Of a stretch of DNA of 64,000 nucleotides, positions 28,446 through 39,797 are shown piece after piece (position 1 is the stretch's first letter; each line of letters begins with the position of its first letter). The notes under the pieces are model-generated. The model was not told the DNA's origin. It did not search any database and saw only the letters and a program-made list of their open reading frames with translations. The position numbers and the translations under genes are program-made. The DNA comes from Octopus vulgaris (lineage: Eukaryota): positions 46,252,001 to 46,316,000 of the forward strand of contig OX597821.1 in the NCBI GenBank assembly GCA_951406725.2, given 5' to 3'.

Positions 28446-28800
28446 ACGTTAAGATAGTGAGAGAGAGAGAAGGAGAGAAATATTTCTTTCAATACAACGC
28501 ATCCATATTTGTTTATTAAAAAGTGTTAGACATACATACACGCGTGTGTATATTTTCGTGTGCGTGCGTGCGCACGCGCGTTAATCGATTCCTATATTTA
28601 TGTACAGACATCTACATCCAAATTATAAAAAAATGTACAAACCACACACTCACACACATACGAACGCGTATATCCTATCGATGAGTATATTCTTTTATTG
28701 AATTTATTAGTAGTCGTCACAGTCACAAAATGCATTAGACAATCATGATTTTAATGTAATAACTAAACTCCTCCCTACCTCCCTCCCCTTTTCTCTCTCT

Positions 28801-28836
<36 letters not shown>

Positions 28837-28896
28837 AAGTTAAATATAAAATTCTTTTGCAAATCATTCATGTCTTCAATAATAAACTTTTGTGTG

Positions 28897-29317
28897 GGCA
28901 ATATTTCGTCTCTAGTAGACCTTTCCGTCGATTTCCGTAAAATTTTTTTTTTTTTACATATGGGCTTGCGGGAACTTTTGAAGTAATGAGAGCGAAATAG
29001 ACCAAGAGAAAGCGATTGTATGACGAGGGAAGTTCTTTTGAAGTTACCGTGCATGGGAGCATTGATGGACATGTGTGTGTGTGTGTGTTTGATGGGGTGT
29101 GGGAGACAGAAAGTATGTTGTGTAAGTGAAGTGCTTCTGTTAGTGTGTGTGAAGAGACAGAGTAATGTGTGGAAGAAAGAGATAACTGAAATTTTTTACT
29201 CGGTGTATGTGTATATGTATGTATATTACTTCAAAAGTTCCCGCAAGCCCATATGTAAAAAAAAAATTTTTTTTTACGGAGATCGACGGAAAGGTCTACT
29301 AGAGACGAAAGATCGCC
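28897..29317. mobile_element. 421-bp MITE with ~91-bp TIRs (GG...CC) and 15-bp flanking direct repeat
   Basis: TIRs lie at 28897-28987 and 29225-29317. ATAAACTTTTGTGTG occurs at 28882-28896 and 29318-29332. Confidence 0.9.
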
Positions 29318-29390
29318 ATAAACTTTTGTGTGCATATGTGTATATACATATACGCAACCGTATGCGCGCATTCACGCACGTACAAATATG

Positions 29391-30808
29391 GGTTAATATA
29401 CAGTTTATACTCCGGTCACGGAAACGAAAAGAAGAAACAAAAAAGTCTACTAGGTGTAAAGAAAAATGTTGTAGAAAGCGAATATGAAAACAAAAATTTG
29501 CGCAAACGAACGTGGTTGGGGTTGGAAGAGGACTTTTGGAAAAGTCACCAGATCCGATTTTTCCCTCATAACTTTCAGGAAAATGGATATATATTAATGA
29601 AAATTTATAGAAATGCCGTTCAAATGGCACAGATTACGATTATGAAGAAATTTCTGGGGGAAATGTTTACTGAAGGGCTGGGGAGAGGATTTCCGGAAAA
29701 TGGATATCTTTCAATGAAATTTTACAGAAACACCTTTCAAACAGCATAGATTACGATTATAAAGAAATTTGTGGGGATAATGTTTTTCCTGAAAGTTGTG
29801 AGGGAAAAAATCGGATCGTGTGAATTTTCCAAAGTCCTCTCCCCCACCCATCCCCCGTGCGTTTGCACAAATTTTTGTTTTCATATTCGTTTTCTACACG
29901 TCTTTTTACACACCTAGTTGACTTTTTTGTCTTGTTTTTTTTTTTTTTTTTTTTTTTTTTTTCGTTTTGGTGACCGGGTGTTAAACTAGATCCTGAAAGC
30001 TAGGGGAAAAAAACGTATCATGTGAATTTCCCAACAGTCTTCCCCACACACCTTCGGAAACATTTTTCCTCACAAATTTCTTCATAATTGTAATCTATGT
30101 CGTTTGAAAAGTGTTTCTGTAAAATTTCATTAAAAAAATATCCATTTTCCTGAAAGTTATGAGGGGAAAAACCGGATCATGTGAATTTTTCTAAAGTCCT
30201 CTCCTCACCCACCCACCCGTTCATTTGCGCAAATTTTTGCATTCTTATCCATTTTTTTGTACACCTATTAGTCTGGGGATTTTTTCGCTCTGGTGACCAT
30301 GCTCTAAACTAGATCCTGAAAGTTATGAGGGAAAAAAACGGATTGTGTGGACTTTACGATAGTCCTCTCTCTACCCCTTCAGAAAAATTTTCCCCACAAA
30401 TTTCTTTATAATTGTAATCTATGCTGTTTGAAAGGTGTTTCTGTAAAATTTCATTAAAAGATATCCATTTTCCTGAAAGTTATAAGGAAAAAATGGATCG
30501 TATGAATTTTCCGAAATCCTCTCCCCACCCCTTCAGAAAACATTTTCCCCAGAAATTTCTTTATAATCGTAATTTATGCCATTTGAACAGCATGTCTATA
30601 AAATTTCATCAATATATATCTATTTTCCTGAAAGTTATGAGGGAAAAATCAGATCTTGTGAATTTTCCGGAAGTCTTCTCCCCACACTCTCCGTTCATTT
30701 GCACAAATTTTTGTTTTGCATATTCATTTTCTACACATATTATTACACTTACTAGGTTGTTTTTTTCTTTTTTGTTTTCATAGGCAGGGCATAAACTGAA
30801 TATTGACC
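29391..30808. mobile_element. Merlin-like non-autonomous foldback element (1418 bp)
   Basis: Termini GGTTAATATACAGTTTAT / ATAAACTGAATATTGACC, with an 8-bp TSD CAAATATG (29383-29390, 30809-30816). The interior consists of direct and inverted subrepeats. GG termini with an 8-bp TSD are Merlin hallmarks. Confidence 0.75.
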
Positions 30809-30924
30809 CAAATATGTCTGTACATACATACTTCTGCCCATTATCTACATGCATGTATCTTGGTGTATATTTATATACATATATGCTTGTATATATTATT
30901 GTGCATGTATGTATTGTGATGATG

Positions 30925-31150
30925 CTTGGTTTAATGATGAGGGTGTTGCACTCATGTTTTTAAGATTGTTGTTCGATTCCTAAACCGGACGATGCTGTGT
31001 TCTCTTGAGCAAAACACTTCATATCACGTTGCTCCAGTCTACTCAGCTGACAAAAAATGAGCAGTCCTGCAATGGACTAGTGTCCAGTCTGGAATGGTGG
31101 GGTACATATGCCAGTGAATCCGGGAAACTGCTTTTATGGGCTGTGGCTTG
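30925..31150 (+). mobile_element. Third SINE family copy (tRNA head plus CORE/V-like body), decayed
   Basis: GTTCGATTCC B-box, then CTTGAGCAAAACACTT...GTTGCTCCAGTCTACTCAGCTG...ATGGACTAG. A related reverse copy is at about 45120-45290. Confidence 0.55.
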
Positions 31151-31539
31151 GAATGTAGTTGGGTCTTAGACACCATAAATTAGTACGTTAATGTACATGC
31201 CATATTTCAGTTTGTAATCAAAAACTGAAGAATATCTGCGTGGGCTTCATCTTTGCTTCGAAGGAAGACTTTGATACTGAAGCTAAAAGAAAATAGTTGA
31301 ATAATTGTCCAGGATTTAATATATTTTAGCATATTTTTCATAATCAACATAGTGCGTTCCAAACGGTTTTTATTCCAACAAATTGCTACCTATAGGAACA
31401 TGCTATTATTGCTACAACTTAGACAATGCAGTTTGAAGTTTACATTGGTTCATCCATTTAGTACAACCTACCTATATCATTTCAGTAGCTGTTTTTTTCT
31501 AGTTTGAACAGGAGCAATGGACTATGCAAGCAGTCGAAT

Positions 31540-32028
31540 GTACCCCAGGAAAGGGGATTTTCTGCCCCCAGTGGCCCCATTACTCAATATATGAAAAATT
31601 TTAAGAATCTAAAACCATCTCTGGAACATAAGTAATCTATGTTCCCAGTTTGGAGAAAACTAGTTGCAAACTTCAGAAATTCTGCAGGTTTACACATGCG
31701 CACGTACACACATACACACAGTTTTATATATATTATTGTATATGTTATTATTAGAGGTAGAGAAATTAACATAAGTACATCATCAGGAGTAATGTCCCTT
31801 GAACCAACAAAGCAATCAAGTTATGCAATTGTTTGTATTGTTTACCCAGGAAAGGGGGTTTTCTGCCCCCAGGGGCCCCATTACTCATTATGTAAAAAGT
31901 TTTAAAAGTCTAAAACCATCTTCGGAACATAAGTAATGTATGTTCCTAGTTTGAAGAAAATCAGTTATGAACTTCAGAAGTTATGCAGGTTTACACACAC
32001 TCACATCTTCAGTTTTATATGTATAGAT
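31540..32028 (-). mobile_element. Two tandem diverged copies (31540-31735, 31843-32028) of a Helitron-like 5' segment
   Basis: CCCAGGAAAGGGG.TTTTCTGCCCC...CAGTTTTATAT occurs twice. The minus strand begins A|TCTATACATATAAAACTG. Confidence 0.55.
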
Positions 32029-32715
32029 AATATGCAGATGAAGTGAGCATGCATGCACATTTACACACACTTGTAATACATAAGAAACGAGATCAGAGAT
32101 TTGATGTCAGTTTGTTAATTGCTGTGTAGAAAACTATCAGCCCTCAAGTCACATTTTCAACTCTGCTGATCAGAAATAGATATAAACACTCATGTATTGA
32201 GTTCTGCTTTCTCCCATTTGTTCTACCAAGCACACACTCACACACACTAATACATGTGTCTCTATTTGTATATCGCTCTTTCTTTCTCTTTCTCTCTCTC
32301 TCTCTCTAGATAGATAGACAGACAGACAAATAGACAGATAGATAATGTTTGTGATGTAGGTGCAAGGCTAGCAGTTTTGACATGATGAAGTTAGCTGTTA
32401 TGATCAACTTCAGAACTTAACAAGTATTTTCTTTTATCAACCTTGGAGGAATGAAAGGTAAAGCTGACCTCAACATGATTTGAACTCATGAAAAGGGCAA
32501 TATTAATAATAATGTGAAAGGAGAACAAAATGTTGAGAAAGCTTGACTAGAGGTAGAAATAAAAGGGTTTTATTGTAGAAAAAGAAAGAGTAAAGTTTTA
32601 AGGCAAATAAAGGAAGGATGTAATGAAAATGTTGTTAAAGAGTTGGTATGATGTTGTGAAGGAATTTACATGGAAACAATAGAAAATTATACAATACTAG
32701 TTTCTTTTGAAAATC

Positions 32716-33092
32716 TCATCATCATTATCATTTAACGTCCGCTTTCCATGCTAGCATGGGTTGGACGGTTCAACTGGGGTCTGGGAAGCCTGAAGGCTGC
32801 ACCAGGCCAGTGGGAAATTCACTACTTTATATTTTTCTTATAGATTCTCTTATTCTTTTACTTGTTTCAGTCATTTGACTGTGGCTATGCTATGCTGGAG
32901 CACTGCCTCTAGTTGAACAATTCAATCCCAGGACTTATTCTATTGCCAAACTGCTAAGTTACACGGACATAAGCACAAACACAAATGCATATATATATGA
33001 CAAGCTTCTTTCAGTTTCCATGCACTTGGACTGAACCCAGAACCATGTGGTTGGGAAACAAGCGTCTTACCACACAGCCATGCTTGCACCTA
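32716..33092 (-). mobile_element. RTE 3' tail fragment followed by internally deleted SINE
   Basis: (CAT)n-TTTAACGTCCGCTTTCCATGCTAGCATGGGTTGGACGG, then TTTCAGTCATTTGACTG...GGACTGAACCCAGAACCATGTGGTTGG...TTACCACACAGCCA. Confidence 0.7.
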
Positions 33093-33759
33093 TTCTAAGA
33101 TTATTAATTTTAAGTTTGTGAAAACCAAAATATTTCCCTAAGTCAAATTTAAATGGTGTTGTGACAGACCAGGAGAGAAAAAAAAATGCTGCCATGTAAA
33201 GGTATTGAAAGAATTAACTATAATCGAATCCCTTTGAATGAAATGAGACTGAGATTTCTAGTTGTTTATAAAAAAAAATATGTTCCAGTTTTAGATAATT
33301 ATCTGTAGAATTTAAAATTATCGATTGAATTGATCCCATTATTTAACTGGTAGTTATTTTAATTAACCTCAGTAATCTGAAAGTCAAACTCATGTTTTGT
33401 AAGCATATTTTTAATGTGTGTCAGTACACACAGCTTTTTTTGTAGAACCTTTGAGGTTGGTGAATGCAAGGCTGCAATAACCACCAAGCATGCGTTTCTG
33501 CATTAGAATGCAACTCATTAAGGTATAGGCTTCTCCACAGTGAACTCCATTAAAGGCAATAAACAAAGTATACCAGCTGAAATACTTACTGGATGTGTCT
33601 TCTTCACAGCGTGACATTTTTTTCACTATTTGTACCAATGTTTGTGGATTCTGTGACAATTCTGATTACTTTTACTTCATGTGCCCTATGTACTCACTGG
33701 CAATTTTTTAATATATTGTGATGTCAGATAAATTTGATAGATTCCTCCCCACCACCATT

Positions 33760-34600
33760 TATTTCAATCTTTCACAGGGCTTTTCACAACACAACTGAAC
33801 CATTTGTAAAATGCAATGTGGCCTACATGACATGGAGGCAGCTCAGCTTGCACCTTGCTAACGTCCATTCTCCCCTCCCCCTGCAGAGATCTGGTCCTCC
33901 CAGAGGAAATGGGATGCCATCCAATGATTGCAGACAAGTTAGTGTGCTGACTTGACCAGCACCATCCAAACCTCATAGCAGAGCTTGGCTCAATGTGGTG
34001 CCATCTGCTCAGCCTTCAAACCCCACAGCAGAGCCTGGCTCAATGCAGTACCGTCGCTTGCGACTGGCACTCAGCTTGATAGTGACTCTCTGTATATCAG
34101 TGTTTCCACTGCAGATTCTTTCGGCCTCCACCAACTGTCATAGTGCTGGCTACCTTCCATGCCATGTCATCCTTAGCAAAATCATAAAACACGGCCTAGA
34201 CACCACAGGCTTCCCTTCCAGCTCAACCCAGTGGAGCTAGACTGCCCTGCTGTGATTGGCCCCTCATCTGGGATGCCACATACAGTGATACATTTTCCAG
34301 TAGCAACTTGGTGTGGTCAGCTACCAGCCCAGGCACTGCTGCACGTCAGGCTGAAAAAAGCTAACTGTCAAAGTATCACTCTCTGACAGGTTTTATTGGC
34401 TGAGCCTGTGGCAGTGGAGACCTCTGAAGTTCTTTGCCAGACTATATCCCTGTTTACCAGCATCGAGGCAGTGATGACTCTTCACAAGTGCAAGTCACAT
34501 GAGTCAGAGTGGCTGTTCCAGGGTGTCTCCCTCACCATCCCCAGGTGCAATATCTATTTTGTCTACTGGGACCATGAGGCAGTTTGACTTATATGAAATT
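33760..34600 (+). mobile_element. Decayed CRE-like (restriction-like endonuclease) LINE 3' region
   Basis: Reads HSAGYLPCHVILSKIIKHGLDTTGFP, LIWDATYSDTFSSSNL...PGTAARQAEK, and AEPVAVETSEVL. These resemble the CCHC plus WD(A/V)T...AE..K..KY...P.AVET.G motifs of CRE-type LINEs. Confidence 0.5.
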
Positions 34601-34631
34601 GTACATTCCACTTCTTAATGTAAAGTTTCTT

Positions 34632-34705
<74 letters not shown>

Positions 34706-34889
34706 TTGGATATCTATAATCCCTTAGATGGTTGTCTAACCGCTAACTCATACGTATATATATAGTATATATGTGTATGTATAATATATGTGTGTGTATA
34801 TATATATATGTGTATGTGTGTATCATCATTGTTTGACGTCCGTTTTCCATGCTGGCATGGGTTGGACAGTTTGACTGAGGTCTGGAGAG

Positions 34890-35930
34890 CAATAAAAATC
34901 GCATACTTTTGACTTGAAGAATTCATTGAAACATGTTTGCAACTCTATGCTGTTGAACAAAATGCCCCTGATTATGAGAAGGTGCTGTATCAGGAGAATA
35001 TTGTGGGTGCAGTAGAGCTTCCCAATCAAGCTTCTGAATAGCATTTTTGGGCAAATTAGCAATGTGAAGTCGAGTGTTGTCATGTTAAAGCACACTGTAT
35101 TGCTGGATGGGTTTTTTTTTAGCTGGGTTGCACCATTGAGCCGGTGCATTTGCAGTACATAAAGCTCTGCAGTGACTGTGTGGTTGTTTTATAAAGCATT
35201 TTGTTGTGGATTAACCTTTCACAATCCCACCAAATGCAGATCATTGTCTTGCATGAATGCAATTCTGGCCTAGTTCAAGATGTTGCTTGCTTGTTGGGAT
35301 TCAGCCATTCTTTCCTCTGCTTCATATTGGCACAAAGACAACATTTGCTGGTGATGATGCAGTCAAGAAATCTCTCTTTACATCAATAAATAGGGGCTAG
35401 TGTTGAACAAACTAACAGGTGGCAATAGAGGAGCACTGGAGTTTGTTTCTTTTGTTCAAAGTGTGTAGCACCCATGCACTGAGATTTTTGGACCTTACCC
35501 ATTGAGTAAAGGCGACAAGTAATGGTATCTCAATAGCTTCCCATCAGCCTGGCCAGTTCCCTGGTGGATTGGCATGGATGAGCTCGTTCAGTTTATTCTC
35601 ATTGAAATGAACATATCAGCTGGAATGTGGAAAGTCTGTGAGGATGAATTTCCCCTAATTAAAGCTTGAGAACCGTATGTGCAATTCTTTTAGTAATATT
35701 GCTTTTTCTATACGCAACACAAATATCTCAAGTTGCCCTGGCAGCTTTGGATCCTTGACTGAAAGCGAAGAGATGTAGGTGCCCAAAGTGCCTTTTTCCT
35801 TCTTGGCACTCTTTTGTCATATGTTTGTAAAGTGGTAAAATTTATTCAAATTTTAAAAGCAATAAAGAAAAGTTGTAGAAGTAAAATAGAACTACGAAAT
35901 TTATAAAACTCTACAACGAAAATATCTTTC
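34890..35930 (-). pseudogene. mariner transposase remnant
   Basis: The minus strand reads HDNTRLHIA...IQKLDWEALLHPQYSPDTAPSH (YSPDLAPSD motif) and MICIWWDCE. Confidence 0.75.
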
Positions 35931-37679
35931 ACATTAATTCAAATACTTTCTTGCTTATGACAAACCATCAAAGGTTATGATAGTGTTGATCCAAGACATT
36001 CATCTTCCTCTGTCTCCAGCACATTGTTTCTCATGGGAGCAGACAAGACTGATATGAGATCGGTAAGTCCACTGGCTTTGAAGGCACTGAAAGTGACCCT
36101 GAACAACAGCTCCAGGTAGTTGATGACAACATCTCCTCCTCTTTTCGTGCAGTCTCCTGCATTTGGTTTCAAAGCGCTCTACTCTACCATCAAACGTGGA
36201 CTTCCATGCCTCCAACATTGGAAAGAAATGAATGAATATATTGATCCAATACATAGACACATATATGTCTAAATAAATAAATAGATAAAATAAATTTATT
36301 CTGTCCCTTAATTTGCCAACTGAGACTTCCTTGAACGACAGTGATAAATAGGTTAATTCTATGCAGATGCATTTAAAAATCCTTTTTGTATTTAATTCTA
36401 TATTTGTTATTTTTATATGTGCTTGGTAGTTTTGCTACTGTAGAGTGTGTGGCATTTGTAAACGCTAGAATGAAGTACTTCTTAATAGGGAAATTTGATC
36501 AAAGCAAAATCTTGATTTAGGTGAAATTTCTTGCATCTAATGGATATAGCACTGTCAAACTTTTTATGGTTTGTTTAATCATTCACAGAATTTGATTTTA
36601 TAGAAAAGAAGAAAAATATTAATAAAGATATATAATAATGATCATTAAGGTGTTCCTGAGACATAGAATTTATTTCAAATCTTCTTCATTACTATAAATG
36701 CTGATAAAAACACACCTCTAGATATTAGTTTGTTGAAATCTCTATTTAGTAACGTATTGTTTGTAATTATATAGCCTTTACTTTAAGTCAATTCACATAC
36801 TCAACAGGAGCTACAGATCAGTCACATATCTTGGATTTGCCTGTCATCCTTTCAGAGGGTGGTGTACAATATGTAATAATCAGGTATAAGGAGGTCGATA
36901 TTAAACTGACTATATTGTAGTTGTAGGAAGCTAGAAATCAGTTTAATGGCAATTTGATGAAGCAGCAGAGTGCCACAGAATATCTGGTTTCATATATGTT
37001 TGGAGTTCAAATCTTGTAGATGTTGTGGATCAATAACGTTATTATATGTTATATTCTGCAATTTGATCAAACTGATAACTCCATTCTCCTAATAAGTCAG
37101 AGAGTCATAGCATCAATATAAACAATTAATATATACAATCTATTCATAGTACTCCCAGTTCATTATGGTGTGTGTAAGAGATGACCTTATAATTTCAAAT
37201 GAAGCAGTAAGGTTCTTTTATTTCAATCAATTAAAGCAAGGTGCCTCTTCAGTTCAGACTGATGTAGGACGCTGTCACTTGACCTAGAAATTGCCTTCAA
37301 ATCACACCATGTCATCTTGAAAGAGAAGGATACATCATGTGCTATAGGTCTGGTTCAGTTATAATTTATATAGATTTATTTATTTGTGAAATTAGATAGA
37401 GTTGGAACATCATTGATGATTTGATCTGTTGGATCATTGCTGTCTAGGTCTTAGCAAAACCTAGCTACTAACCAAATAAAGGTAGTTTGGAAAATATCAG
37501 ATTTCTTTCTATTAGAGAATAATTTGGGTGTATGGAAAAACTAATCATTTGAAATATGTTGTATGAATGACTGGGATAAAAAGGGAATTCAACATCAATT
37601 CAAAACATATAATTGTGTACATATAGATACATACACTCACTCTACTTGTGTGTGTGAATATATGTATGTGTGTGTATAA

Positions 37680-37730
<51 letters not shown>

Positions 37731-37745
37731 CTGTGACTGTGTGTA

Positions 37746-38400
37746 TACAGGGTGTGGTGAATGAACTGTTGTCTAACTCCACGTGAATGCTGCCTTCAGT
37801 TCATCTTCGGTGTTACAAGAAGTTTTGTTGGTCTCTTGCTCAACTGCACCCCCACACAATAAAGTGAATTGCAGTCTGGGTAGTTGGGTGGCCAGATGTG
37901 AAGGGTGTTGTGTTTGCAGAAATTGTCTGACAGCCATGACTTGGTTCTCCTGCTTGTGTGGCATGGTGCAGAGTCTTGTTGTCAGACATAGGGTCTTCCA
38001 GCAGTGACCCTCTTGATCCAGGGCAACACTACCTCCTCCAGGCACTTGATGTAGGCTCCATATTGAGCCTGAGACTGTGTGGGAAGATGAATGGAGGTAT
38101 AATGTCACCATCACTCGTGATCATTCCAAGCACCATGATGTTGACTGGATGTTTGATTTTTATCACTCTCAGTACATATCCTCAGATTGACACCCAAACA
38201 CTCTGAAATGTTTGTATTGGAGCTTCCAGCACGAATATCAAGCAGTACAGCATGTCATTTCCAAATTTCTGGCAGAGTGAATTGCTTCATGGTGCTGTTT
38301 TTCTCACAGATGGTGCCCAACTGATCCTACTATACTGTGTAGTTGACAAAATCAAAAACAAGCAATGCACATATGTGAAATTAAAAATGTTCTTGTGCAC
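37746..38400 (-). pseudogene. Tc1/mariner (maT/DD37D-like) transposase remnant
   Basis: Terminus TA-CAGGGTG. The minus strand reads QQDSAPCHTSRRTKSWLSDNF, WPPNYPDCN, AVEQETNKTSCNTEDELKA and IKHPVNIMVLGMITSDGDIIPPFIFPHSLRLN. Confidence 0.75.
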
Positions 38401-38563
38401 AATCTTTTCTTTGTGGTCAGATCATATGGGGTCTACATCCATCTTATTGGATGACCACTTAGTGGTCATCCCTCTCTTCATATTTTTTTCAATATGCTAG
38501 GCCACTGGTTTAAATTGATATTAATCAAATTAATATTCAATTTTTTACCCTTATTATTTAAAT

Positions 38564-38596
<33 letters not shown>

Positions 38597-39588
38597 CATA
38601 CACACACACATACACAGTAATAATTTTATATTTGAATATACAGCTTGTAGTGTGCTGTTTAAAGCCTGTCTACAGTATTCGACTACCTGATGTCAATAAT
38701 AGTATGGAGGTATATATCACTGGATTTATTCAGGGAATTCCTTTGTGTCTGTAGAGTTTATATGAAAAATGTTAGAGACAGAAAATGGAATTCATGGGGC
38801 TCTTTATTCAGAACTACTTCAATTATTTCAACTCATCATGCATCAACACCTTACTGGTGAGATGCTAAAGAAGCTACTGTCATCCATCATAGGTGCAGAG
38901 GTATCTCCGCAGGTGACTTTTCAAAAGTACCTCATTTTTTAAAAATATAGATATGGGTAAAGAAATAAATCTTGGTAAAGACTCAGTCCCAAGGTTGCTG
39001 ATTAAACTAATCTTTTAAAAAACTCCTCTTTATTAACAATATCTACTGTTAATCTATGTATTCCTTCAGCTATTGCTACAACACCTATTGTTCTGTTTCA
39101 CTGCCCATTCACCGTAGAATGTATAATTATACTTCTACTCAAAAACTAAGTTACTTAAAATTCCCTTTTATTACTTCATTGTTTATACTTAAGCTTTCTA
39201 TCTCAGAAATTTTTTTAAAGCCTCCTTTTCAGAAGGAGATATATTCGACCCTGTCAAAATATAAATATGTTGGGACATGTGAGAAATTTTGTGACACTTT
39301 CACTGCAGCTTTCCCTGAAAACTTATGTTCTTCTAGACCCAGTGCATCCTTTTTTTTTTTTGACAAATTGATAAGTGAAGATTAAAACCTGATTTTTAAT
39401 TATGATTAAATAAAATGGCTAAAAAGAAATCAATGAAAAATTAAGAATTGCTATTCATTCTTTTCATAAGAATGCCAATTTAATGTAAATACAATTTAAT
39501 AGTCTCATTTATATAATGCAATTTTAATAAAATAAAAATGCTTTCCACTGAAGGACAGTTTCTAAGTGCACACTTAACACTTACTTAA

Positions 39589-39797
39589 TCCTTTAGCATT
39601 CAGATTACTCTGTCAAATGTAATATTTATTCACATTGTTCTGAATTAATCATGCATTATCTCACAGCTTCAACATTTTGATGATGTGATTGTTTATTTTG
39701 AGAATTTTAGGGTAGATGTGAGGCCAGATATGGCCAGTTTAAACATAAAGCAGGTAGAATATTTGGGTCAGATATGACCAGTTTAAATTCCAAAGGG
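39589..39797. mobile_element. piggyBac-type MITE (209 bp)
   Basis: TTAA|TCCTTTAGCATTCAGA...TTTAAATTCCAAAGGG|TTAA. Confidence 0.75.
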
